DNA of 64,000 bases. It comes from Antechinus flavipes (taxonomy: Eukaryota). The stretch lies in NCBI RefSeq assembly GCF_016432865.1, contig NC_067400.1:497426001-497490000 (forward strand). The letters are read 5' to 3'. Each line of letters opens with the position of its first letter. The stretch's first letter is position 1. Shown here piece after piece: positions 13,773 to 25,417 of the stretch. The notes under the pieces were generated by a model. The model was given only the letters and a program-made list of their open reading frames with translations, did no database searches and was not told the DNA's origin. A program made the translations under genes and the position numbers.

Positions 13773-15135
13773 CATTAATAAATGCTTTTTAGTTTGTACA
13801 TTTATAAATTCTCCTAAACTCTAGTTTCTCATCTCTAATCACCTGATAGAAATCTCTATCTGAATATCCCACAGCTGTATCAAATTCAACATGTCTCAAA
13901 TTGAACTATCTTTACCTCCAACCCACCCATTCTCCTAAACTCAAGCGTAAGATTGGAATTGATTGAATCAATCAATTAGTCGCCACACCCTTACTGACTT
14001 AGCAGCATGAGCTGGGAAATGACAAGACCTAGAAATCTCTGTTGAATCAATTAATAAATACAAGAAATTTAAACTAGGTGCTACTGGAAATCTGTTCAGA
14101 TTGACTGAGGAACTTATTGGGGCATGCTCAATGGGCTTTTATAAAACAAGCAAGGCAGTTTGGAATAAAGAATTTTAGTATCTGATAGGTTAATATTGGA
14201 AATTTCCAGATGGAGACTTGATCTTCAAAATCCTTTCTTTGTGGGCTTTTCTGGGGAGAAGAGAAGAGAAAAACGCTGGTATAAGCTTCATCCCAATCTC
14301 TTCTGACACCCCCTTAACCAGAAGAAGGTGAGAACTTTGGAGGATGAGAAGATTTTGTACTTTCCATCAATAACTCAGTACTTGTAGTATGCTGGGAATA
14401 GCTGTTACACTATTTGTATTTGGAACTAAAGACAAATTAAGCATACTGAGAAACAGCCGCTTTCAGAATCTTTAAGGTGTCCAATAGGCAAACTCTAAGA
14501 GTATCTTAAGTACTCTGACAAAAGGCCTTCCAGGAATTGAATTGTCCCTTTGCCACATGTAATTTCTAAAGCTGAACCCTCTTTTCCCACAGATTCTGTA
14601 TGTTCTTATAATGGAGTGTCATAAACTTAGGAAGGAGGGATGCTTTGTGCCAACTGTTCTTGCTATATTATCATAGAATACACCTGTCTAAAAACCAATT
14701 AAACCTGATCATCTACTTTAATTAATAACAATAATTTAATTATTATTAATAATTATTATGCAATCACATTTTATTTATTATTCATTCATTATTTTATTGT
14801 TCATTATTAATCAGTATATTATTAATTAATAATAATTAGATTTGTAATATTGATTATTAGTAATAATATAATAATAACAATTTAATTGGTTAGTCAACCA
14901 ATAATCAGAGGGGAATGACATCATTGGTATTAATGAGCATTAAAAGACATCTGTTCTCTCAGGGTCCCCTAAAATACAGTCCAGTAGTACCATCTCATGC
15001 ATTAACCATATTCATAGTTCTTCAACTATCTGGAAAAGGAAGGAGATACATTTCCTCACCTCTTCAGGGATAAGCACAATCATTTTAATTACAGAGTGTT
15101 TGGTTTGGTTTTATAGGTGCTTCTGTTCATATTGT

Positions 15136-15140
<5 letters not shown>

Positions 15141-15166
<26 letters not shown>
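15141..15166. repeat. (AT)13 microsatellite
   Basis: Perfect dinucleotide run. Confidence 0.95.
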
Positions 15167-15173
<7 letters not shown>

Positions 15174-17369
15174 CTGGTTCTCCTTATTTTAACTTCTCTA
15201 GAGGTAGTTTTACAGTACGGGGACTCTGTTATGGGGAGGGGAGTGAGTCTGAGGTTCCATTCTCATTCCTGAGATCAAAGTGATAGTGATGTAGTACTTC
15301 TCTCTCCAGAGTCTGACTCCAAGATCATGGGCCACCCCAATCCACAATTTCTTCCCTGGTTATTTTGTCAAATATTTTCCTTGTGTTGGAAAGCTGACCC
15401 ACATTCATTTTTCTTTTGGGTTTACATCTCTCTACCGGCTCATTTGTTTCTTTTCTCTCTCTCTCCCTCATTTGTTCTTCATCTCACTGATCATTTAAGA
15501 TATGTTTCCTTAAAGATTCTGTCTGCAACTGCTGTCTTCTTTCTTCACAAAAGAATTTTTTGGCACTTCACTCAATCCCATCTCAATCTGTATTTCCAGC
15601 CTGACTTCTCTCCAAAGTTTCAGACCGATATCTTCAGCAGCTTATGGGACCCCTCCACCAACCCCTTTCCCCACTGACACTTCAAATTCAGCATGTGTGC
15701 AACATAGTATTTTCTCTTAGAAATATTGTTATGCATAGAGGTTAGGCTTTTATAATACTCACTAAGCTATACTTCAGGTAAATTTAGGTTCATAGGCTTT
15801 TTTGGACTAAACTGGGAATAAATTTTCATTCTTACATTGTTTCTTTGGGAAAATGAATTTTAAACCATTAGCTTAAAAAATCAAAGTTTTGGAATAAAGC
15901 CTGTCCAATAGCTGCACCATTTCTACACTGACCTGTGTTGTAGTTATCTTCCTATAACACATGCACCTTTTCCTACAGGGAGCTTTGTTATTATCTTTGT
16001 ACAGCAGTGTGAACTGAATAGTGTTATAGATGGATTGATGACTTTGGCATCCTATGACTTCTCATATGAAATAAAATCTTCCCAGCTTGGCCATTTAAAA
16101 CACTTTAAAAATCACATTCCAGTATACCTTCCCTGGCTTATTGTTCTTGCTGTGCTCAATATACTCTTATCTTCCTGCCAATTTGGTTTCCAAATTTGGC
16201 ATTCTATCTCTTGCCACACACATATATATATATAGGTGTATATGTATATGAATGTGCATATTTATACACACACAAAGGCAATATATATGTATGAATGTGT
16301 ATATATGTGTATTTAAACACTGTATCACTTAACCCTTCTCAGCCTCAGTTTCTGCATCTATGAAATGGGAATAATAATACTTACTTCTTCCTCCCAAGGT
16401 TATTGTAAGGCTCTATGCATACCTTAAAAGGCAATATAAATGCTAGCTATTGCTATTATTTCCACTTTTTAGAATCACTAGAGTCCTAGAAGGCTTAATT
16501 CAGAAAACATCTCCAATAGGAAACCTTCCCTCCAGTTAGTGGTTTCAATTATCCTATATATACTTACCTGACTAAATACATGTTATACCAATCTGAATCC
16601 AAAGGAGAAGGGCAGGAAATATTTTCCATTTTGTTTTTATGTCCTTAGCACTTAGCACAATACTTTGCACAAAGTAGGTACTTAATAAATGCTTGTTGGA
16701 TTTAATTATAATATGCTTTTGTCACTTCAGTAACAAAATAAAAGTAGGGCCATATAATGAACAGAGTAGTGGACTTAGAGAATCAGGAGCACTGACTTTG
16801 CCATATATTTGGTACATGATGATAGATATCACTTAAAATTATTCCTTCATTCATTTGTTCAGCAAACTTATGACTAGCTACCATGCACACTGTACGTTAT
16901 CGAGGCACTGGGAGACCTAAATTATATATATGCAAGTCATAGACCTGTAAAATTTTGATAATTCAGGTCCATAGAACACTTTATCAGAAGGCAAGATACC
17001 AAAAAGATTTGTATAATATACAACATTATTAGTGTAACACTGGGGCCACTCACCATTTAACAGTGTCTTATCTCATTCACTAGTAAGGACCATAATATAT
17101 ATTATTAAGTAAATGCTCATTCAAATCGCCATTTTAGGGAATGGGGCTATCTTAGTAACAGCTTCTAGAGCTTCTCATTGGGTTTTTGGCAACTGTGGTG
17201 ACATTTCTATGGTTTTGTCCCTTATCAGAGGAATCTCAGATTCTCTTTGTTGGGGGGTGTTAGTTGTGAATTTAATTAGGATTTAATTTAATTTATTTGG
17301 GATGCCTCCACCCACAAGGAAAAAAATGATATCCTATAAAGAAAAGGAGGAAGTACCTATAAACACTAT

Positions 17370-17830
17370 TTTTGTAGTGGCAGTGGCTGATTGTTGTCCA
17401 TCAACTAGGAAATGGCAAATTATTATGGTATATAAATTGGATGGATTACTTTTATGCTACAAGAATTGATTAAAGGGAAGGTTTCAGAGAAACCTGGGAA
17501 GACTCCTATAATCCGAATCACAGTGAAGTGAGCAAGATCAAGAGAACAATTTATATAGCAACAAGCAATTTTGAAAAACTTAAGAACTCTGATCAATGCA
17601 ATCACCAATCACTATTCCAAAGAGCAAGAGATAAGTGTGCTACTTAAGTCTGATGGAAAGGTGATAGACTAATGGTATAAAATGAGATATACAATTTTTG
17701 GACAGGCTGTAGGAATTTGTTTGATTTGTCTATGTATGTTTGTTAAAGGGCTTAGTTTTTCTTTTATCTTTGTCTTCAATATGAGAGGGAGAAGTGCAAT
17801 AGGGAAAAAATAGATTTTTAAATTAAAATT
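17370..17830 (+). mobile_element. Old LINE-1 3' end
   Basis: Decayed ORF2 end and 3'UTR (agtgaagtgagcaagatcaagagaacaatttat) running into an A/T-rich tail. Confidence 0.65.
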
Positions 17831-20074
17831 GAAATTGAATTCAATTTTAATTGAACTTAATTGAAAAAAATTTTCAAAAGAAAGTGTAACTTTTAGGCCC
17901 CAGCTGCTTTTAAATTGAAGCTATTCATCAAAACTTACTGCATTCAACTCTTTAATCATAATATTAGAATTGAATTGAACCAAATACATGAAAGCAACCA
18001 GAGGAGTCTCTCAGTTCATGAAGATTTTTGTCTGCAGAAAATATGAAACTCCTTCTTTCCACAGGGAACTGGGAAGTGTTATTCCCCAGGACTTTACTGG
18101 TAAGTGTCTATATCTAAGATTTTCCCATTTATTGTATAATCTCAGAGAGGGCCAATGTCCAACTAATAGAGATAATTCAGGAATTTGGGGATCTTGTCTC
18201 TTTGTCTTGGCAGATTAGGTTTGATTCAGCTGGACAATTTAATTCCTTCCTTATTCCCTGATCTGGACAACCTGTCTGTCTCTACCCATGGTTTCAAAAA
18301 AGCTCTTCACATATTCTCTTTCTCTTGGACCTGGCTTATGCCCAAAGGGTAAAATTCTTTCTCTGGAATGCCTGTCTCTTCCCTATTCATCTTTACCAAA
18401 GTTCTGTTGCTTTTATTTTTACATTATCTAAACCTTCTTATCCTACTTACATGATTTCTGGCCTTAGACATATCTTTAGTTGGTTCTTTATTTGTAGTTC
18501 ATATCTAAGATGTTGTTCAGGCCAAATAAATCTGTTATGTGTAATGGGTGCAATTGTTACCTGAGGTCTGAGTTATTACTTATTGGGACAATTAAAAAAT
18601 TCATTTCTGTACTTTTATATTTCTTAAGATTATAAATCTAAGATTCATCTACTTTGTACTGGGTCCAGTCTAATGTGAATGGTGGTGTCATTTTGGAGGC
18701 ATTATGGTGCTCTCTTGAGGAATTGACATAAAATCTCAACGGATACTTAAAAATTGGGCCTTACTTCAAAACAATCAACAAAGCAGAGATTCCCTATATG
18801 AGAAGGAAAAGAAAATGAAATTGGAGAAGGGAAGAAAAATTGCAGCAAACATGGCAGACACAACTGTATATGACCCCAAAAAACAGGTTGTTGAAGGATT
18901 CTGTCCATGTATATTTTTAAACAGAAAGAAGATACATTAACCTTGGGATTGTTTGAAAACCTGAATCCAAAACAGAATTATGTTCATTTGGCTCCTGAGC
19001 ACACATATATACACACAAATGGCAACTCTTAAGAGTAATTGCAAAATCTAGGAGTGAAGATTTTTTTGGCTTATGATTCTGCTGCACCTGGTACATTAAC
19101 CTTTATTATGGAATTAGCTCTACTTTCTTCTAACTAAATCTGGTGTAGAGTTATTAGATAATGGCATCTAGGAATGAGATTTGAGAAATGCCAAAGTACA
19201 AGTTAATTAACAAAAATGCAAGAGAAATAAACTTAGCAGGAAAGGCAAAATCCCAAATTAAGCGGTTGCTTTTCAATTATTTGCAGCAGAATATTTTGTT
19301 CTGGGGGATTTCTGTGGGTAATATCACTTGTGTTGAAGTGTTTGAAAGGAGATGTCATATTTAACTTAAAACACAACAGCTTTGGAGTGAATGTCAATAA
19401 AACCCGTAAATTATGAATATTCTGTCTTCCAGCATGTTTGATGAGGGCTGTCAATAAGCAAAATTGTATCTCCTAGGATTATAGTCCTGAATACTAATTT
19501 GAAGCTTTTCATTTCATGTTGCACTAAGAGGACCCTAGGAGAATAGGAGCAAATTGGACATCTGTTGAGTGAGCATTCTAGGATTAAAATTGGACCAATA
19601 TACCATTTCAGAAAATAGGCAGTAAAAAAATCTTTAGTACATTTATAATTTAATATTGTTGATGTTTGGCTTCAATTATTTCTTAAAATGTGAAAGCAAC
19701 TCAAAAAATTCAGAAAATGCTATTTGTATGAATCATATACACACCCAAACACACCTTAATTAGACTGTTGATGTTTCTGATGATTAATTTAATCTCTAAG
19801 AGAATATATTTATGACCTACCTGACCTGGGTTTAAATTCCAAATTATGTGATACTGAAGAAGTCGTTTATACCTTTTATGTAGACCTCCATTTCCTTATG
19901 TGCAATATGAGATGAGGCTGAATTAAGTCCTTGGTCTTGAGCCAAAGTTTATTAAAATAGCTAGAGGGCAGGCCTTGATTTATATTTGGAATTTGAAGAC
20001 CTATATTCAAGTCCTGACCTGAAACCCATTAGTTACAAGATTATGGTTGTCATTTAATTTCTCTGTTGGCCATT

Positions 20075-20560
20075 ATTGTTGTTATTGTTTGTCCTTTGTT
20101 CTTTTCTTTTCTTTTCTTTTCTTTTCTTTTCTTTTGTCTCAATCAATTGGGGTTAAGGGACTTGCCCAGGGTCACACAACTAAGAAGTATTGTGTCTGAG
20201 GCTAGATTTGAACTCAGGTCCTCCTGACTTCAGGACTGGTGCTTTATCCACTGTGCCACCTAGCTGCCCTTGTCCTTTGTTCTTGAAGACAACTATGTCA
20301 TCAGGAAAGTGATACCATGACATGCAAGTAACTTGGATTAGAGAGAGGGAGGACTGTAAAAAGTCACCAGCCTCATTTTCTCCTCTTGAAGCACCAAAGA
20401 CCACTGGTCAGATGTAGATCAGGATAAGTCTGAATGCTGTGGGAGACCTTGGTCTTTTTAAGCCAAGGTCTTTTAACAGGTCTCATGTCGATTGAAGCAA
20501 CCCATTTAGTGATAAGACTAGGTCAGCAAAAATCCCCTTAACCAGAGGTGAAAGAGAGTT
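20075..20560 (-). mobile_element. RTE-related marsupial SINE (WALLSI/Mar3-like; subfamily uncertain), interrupted by WSINE1
   Basis: Motif gtttgtcctttgttcttgaag...catgacatgcaagt...gtcaccagcctc is shared with copies at 36260, 55735 and 57895. Confidence 0.65.
20104..20269 (-). mobile_element. WSINE1-type tRNA SINE with (GAAAA)n tail and perfect 15-bp TSD
   Basis: Minus strand GGGCAGCTAGGTGGCACAGTGGATAAAGCACCAG...GAGTTCAAATC (Pol III A and B boxes). TSD ttgtcctttgttctt at 20089-20103 and 20270-20284. Confidence 0.9.
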
Positions 20561-20583
20561 TCTTGATGTAGTAATAACTCTAG

Positions 20584-20850
20584 AAGGCAGAACCAAAATG
20601 GCAGAGAGAGAAGCCAGGAAGTTGCCTAAGTGCTCTCTAGTTTCCCTCACAAATGGCATTAAATAAATCAAGCTTCTAAATAGATTCTGGAGTGACAGAA
20701 TCCACAAAAAGATGGAGTGAACTTAGAAGGACTTCAGGAAGGATCTGTCTCACTTGAGTAAAAGGTGAGTGCAAATCAGCATCAGAGTCTTGATCACAGC
20801 ACAGATCAGCAAATGAGACCCTTTTATCCTGGCTCAGCAGGTTAGCTATG
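20584..20850 (+). mobile_element. Isolated LINE-1 5'UTR fragment
   Basis: ggcagaaccaaaatggcagag looks like a CpG-decayed GGCGGAGCCAAGATGGCGGAG L1 start; it continues gattctggagtgacagaatccacaaaaagatggagtgaa as in recalled marsupial L1 5'UTRs. Confidence 0.6.
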
Positions 20851-21484
20851 ATTCCTCTAGCTTCATCAACTCTCTAGGAATGTATGTTGCAGATGAACAT
20901 GAAATACTGGAGGGATTTTACACACTGGGAATTTCTCACACAAATAAAATCCCAGGTCCAAGTTAAAAAAAAAAAAACACACACTCTAAAACCAAACAAA
21001 AAGAGAACTTACATTCAAATTTCACTTTTCTTGTTCACTTTCTTTCTATGTGATGTTGAGCCAATTATTTAACCTCTCTGGGCTTCAATTTTGCTCTTTG
21101 AAAAATGAGAAGTTTGGACCAAATGGTTTTTTAGGTTACTCTGCCTCAATGAATTTATTTTAAAAAATAATGTATGAGACCAAAACAAGCCATTTAGCGT
21201 ATGCAGACAGAATTCAGTCTCAGTCTCAGCAAACTGATGGCATACCATGTTGTTTGTACAGCAGATTTAGTGATGGAAACTGTGAGTTATCAGAATCAGT
21301 CCAATTAAGATTGCAGCACCATAAATTTATTGCAGAAGGGACTTTAGAAACCATTTATTCCAAGTTCCTTATTTTATGTACAAGAACTGCCAGAGCAGTT
21401 ATATAACTCAACCAAAGTCATACAACTAATAAGCACTTGAAAAAATTTGAACCCGTATCTTCCCGACTTCAAGTCTAGTACTCT

Positions 21485-22070
21485 GTTGTTTTTCATCCTT
21501 CATTTTTGAAGAAGACTTATGACATCTCAGGGGTGATGTTCTGACACCAGAGTTAAGTGGGGCAGAGTTTTGCAAAGTTGTCAGCCTCTCTCTCTCTTCT
21601 AGAATCATCGAAATCCAGTATCAGGACAAAATTCAAGATAACTGGTGATGGTCTGGGATGCAGTGGAGGACCTTGGTGTTTTTGATGTCTAACAAAGCTC
21701 TAGGAATTTCATAGTTCTTATTTCAGTCACCTTTATGGCTATTGGAACAAATTATTCTCATCTGCTTATTTCTGGGTGAAGTCTTGACATGCCTGGGATA
21801 GACATTCCCCTAATTCACAAATTTTAGGTTTGCTTGTTACGCTCAAACAGTTTAATCTATGTGCTGAGAGTGTTACCAGGGAATAGCTTCTGTGCATTTT
21901 TTTTTTTTTTTGCAACTGTGCATATTATAACTTCTTGGAGCCACATGATGAAATGGGCACCAAAAAGGGATGAAAAGCCCTGAAAAGTGTTCAGCAAGCC
22001 ATCACTCCAGAGGTGCTAGTTCTCTCTGAATAGTTCATGTACCCCAGACACTGGTATTAAATCAGGTGCC
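21485..22070 (-). mobile_element. RTE-related non-autonomous element
   Basis: Internal segments are reverse-complement matches to the copy at 1964-2380. Confidence 0.6.
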
Positions 22071-22524
22071 AGATTGCCAGTGCCCCAAGTTTAAAGTTCT
22101 AGAGGCTGGGTGCCCAACTTGAGCAGAGCAGCATTTCAGAGAAGGGGTTTAATCACGGCAAGGGCAATGCTGACCCAGTGAGGTTCTAGTAGAGTTGCTT
22201 TCAGGGTACAAGTAAGGATAATGAAACTTTTTTTTTTTTTTTTGGTGAGAGATACAAGATAAAAAGGTGTTGCTTCAAAACAAGTTGCTTGGCAACTATC
22301 TCATTTTCCCTCGTCGCATGTTTAACAGGCAATTGATCATGTGGAAATGTATGGTCTAGTAGCAATTTGTAGTTTTCTGTATTTTGAAATGAAGTTCTGT
22401 AAAATCACACTATCGTGTCTATATGCTACTTAATTTCAAACAGCTGGGTATAGTTGTGAAAAATAAATTTGGAGTATTGCAGAGCTTTTGAAAATTGTAT
22501 TTGTACACAGAATAATCATTGCAC

Positions 22525-25291
22525 ATTTTCTTTCAAAAGCAATATTTATTTTCCAGGAAGATGAGACATTAGGTTTTGATACATAAAATGAAATGCTATT
22601 GTTTGAAGGTGGGGGTAGCTATAACACATAAAAATTGCACTTAGAAAAGTGTTCTGCCCTACAAACATCCATTGAATAAAGAATGACATCCCATATAAAT
22701 AAGTCATATGAAAATCTGGATTTATTAACTTTTGGGGGGAATGAAATTTATGATGTTGGATTTTTCATTCCTATAATAGCTAGGATTTATATTTTCTTTA
22801 ATCTTTGCCAAGCACTTTAAATATAAGAAGGCCCAAAATTCTCAATATTATAAGTGACACAAATTTTGGGGACATCCTGGATATCTTCACTTTATCATGA
22901 TGTTGATTCAGGCAGGATTCAAGCTCAGGCCTTCCTGATTTCAAATCCAGTGTTCTATGCATTTAATGACAATAAACAAGTTTAATCAAATATTTTAGAG
23001 GAATGCAATAGAAAAAAAAAAGATAACTGGGGAAAATATCAATAAAATATCCAGGAACAACCAAAAAAACACTCTCAAAATACCCCAGACAGTGAATGTC
23101 TTCTTGAATGTTTGGCTATTGTCAAAAAACTTGGATATGACCTATACTGGAACCTTTATTGGGTTTTTACGGCATCAAAAATTAGTAGAGAACTCAACTG
23201 TTCTTATTTTTTAGTCATGTTGGGTATTGTCTTCAACTCATATTATGCAAAAAAATTGGAATAGTTTTCAAAAAGATCATGGCAATCCACAATGGACTAA
23301 GTTTATGGTTCTCTCTTATTAATATGCACGCCACTTTCAATTTGGGGATTTTTCAACACTTGAAATTGCCCTTACCAAACCATTTCTGTGCTTTGAGATT
23401 GAGGAAGTGACAAATGGGAAGTTTCAGCTCATTTCTCTTACAGAAAAAAACAAAAATAAAACCAGAACGAAAAACACATGGAAACTTAAGGAATATTAAA
23501 GATCATCAAAATTAGGTGTTGACTTTCTGCTAACCCAAAAAAAAATACCCAACATTCTTTCTACTTCTGGATTTAACCAGATCCCTGTCTCAACCTATTT
23601 GGAATAGCTGAACATTTTCTTCTGCTGTTAACAAATGTGAACCTAGCACCATAGAAAAATCTGGCAGTCCTGTTATCTTCTAAAACAGGAAGAAAAATGA
23701 AGCTCACTCGAAGCAGCCTTAAGAAAACTAATAATAAAAAAGAGGCTTAGCATTGGCAATTTGATGTCAGTGCTGCTCTATGAAGAGGCTGGTTCATAGA
23801 ATGGTGAATCATTTTCCTCCTCTCTAGTAAGTCTCTTCTTAAATAGACAATTGGGAGCCAGAAAGGAAAAAAAATGACTATAAATAATAATAATAAACAA
23901 ATAAAAACAGTTGGATTTTCATGTGAAAGAGCAGAGCTGAATTGGCATTAACACAATATTTACTTCACTGCTCCTAGGACTTCCTCAATAAAGTTACAGA
24001 GTTATAGAAAGTCCCTGACTTTGTTTGATTCCAAAAGAGAAATGCATCATGTTGGTAGGTATGAGATTAGGGATGTAACAACTACAAAATGTTTCCTATT
24101 ATTAAAACACAAGAGCTTTAAAGTTATAAATATTTTGTGACAGCTTGCCAGTTTCAGCCCATGCCCAGAATATTGTTATAAATCCACTTCTATATATCTA
24201 AGAGACAAGAACACAAAAGCTGTGCACATAAAAATGAATTGATGCAGTTAGAGAGAGCTTGAACCTACTATTAAGCCTAGATCCTCAGCCATTAAATGTT
24301 CTAGCCCATTTTCAGTTATGTTAACACTCAAAAACTCCCTTTTTTTCTGGTTTTTAACAGCCAACATCTTATAGGAAATAACATCTGGAAGAATGACTGA
24401 GAGTTTACAAGCTATCCTGGAAAGGCATTTTTGGTTTTTTAAGAAAAGAATTTAGAGCACTTTCATATACTCTGAATAAGCATGAGTAGCTTTCCTTCAG
24501 AGTTCAGGTTCTTAAGGTGCATCTTTTATTTGCAACATTAGAAACATCCCTTTCTGAACATCATTTTTCAGAGACAGATGCTGCTAAATAAATTAACATG
24601 CCTCAGCAAAATGCAAATGAATAGATATTCCAATGGTAGGAATATATATTTCTACAAACTATATATTCTGGTACAATTGGAGGGATGGATTACTACTGCT
24701 TATCCTATAGAAAGCCTAATGTATCTTAAAAGAATTAACCATTCAACATTTGAACTTTTCCTTATAACCACATTTTTTTCATGTTTATATTCTTAATTTT
24801 GAAGTATATGTAAGAAAAGTCATGTTTTTTTCAAAAGTTTGATGTCTTAAAGATTCAAAACTGTTTTACACAAATAGACAAAACTGGCTATTTCACAATT
24901 CACTGGCTTCTTCAAAGGGCTTCATGAGAATAAGACATAAATCCAGATGTAGAATCTAGTTATAGCTGCTTATATAAATTGGAGAAACCATTCAATCTAC
25001 CTATTTACATGTAGATAGATAGACACAGATATATTATGTGTATTTATGTTGACCTTATCTCAGATAGCACTACTAAACTTAGTCCTAAATTTTTGGATAC
25101 AGAAGTCTATAATACACATATCTAGCTGCCGTGGCACTAGCAAAGCTATGCTGAAATTCAGCCATCAGTTTTACTCATTGCAATGCAGGCTAGTAGCAAA
25201 GTTCTGATGTCTATAGGAGAAGGTTCTCTTACAGCACCCTCCTTAAAATGAAAAGGTCTTTGACTCTTAAAAAGAGCATGTCCATTGATTT
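22525..25291 (-). other. PDGFD: PDGFD 3'UTR (~2.8 kb; 3' end approximate)
   Basis: Follows TAA. The proximal block (TTTAAGGAGGGTG...CTACTAGCCTGCATTGCAATGA) and the terminal block (GAAAATAAATATTGCTTTTGAA) resemble the human PDGFD mRNA as recalled; not checked by alignment. Confidence 0.7.
22545..22550 (-). terminator. Distal polyadenylation signal AATAAA of PDGFD
   Basis: Plus-strand tttatt in aatatttatt. The minus-strand context AAAATAAATATTGCTTTTGAAAG is followed by a G/T-rich downstream stretch (TGTGCAATGATTATTCTGTGT). Confidence 0.7.
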
Positions 25292-25417
25292 TTATCGAGG
25301 TGGTCGTGAACTACATATACAATCACAGCGCTCATGATGATCCAGTTGAATATCAATCAGAGCCATGTTCTTAGTTTTTCCCTTTCTCTTGAAATGACTA
25401 GGTTCAATTTTCAGCAC
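25292..25417 (-). CDS. PDGFD: PDGF-D, last coding exon (exon 7), 41 codons plus TAA
   Basis: After acceptor ttctatttttTAG (AG at 25419-25418) the minus strand reads VLKIEPSHFKRKGKTKNMALIDIQLDHHERCDCICSSRPPR*, the PDGF-D C-terminus. It joins exon 6 in phase 0. It is too short to appear in the ORF track. Confidence 0.97.
   Translation of the reverse strand: MLKIEPSHFKRKGKTKNMALIDIQLDHHERCDCICSSRPPR

Noticed and set aside
14692-14893. AT-rich tract flanked by a 10-bp inverted repeat (accaattaaa / tttaattggt), possible MITE
   Set aside because: Low-complexity interior, no TSD, and such short inverted repeats are expected in A/T-only sequence.
21990-22022. CTCF-like motif ctccagaggtgctag
   Set aside because: One base short of the core spacing, and part of an RTE-related repeat.
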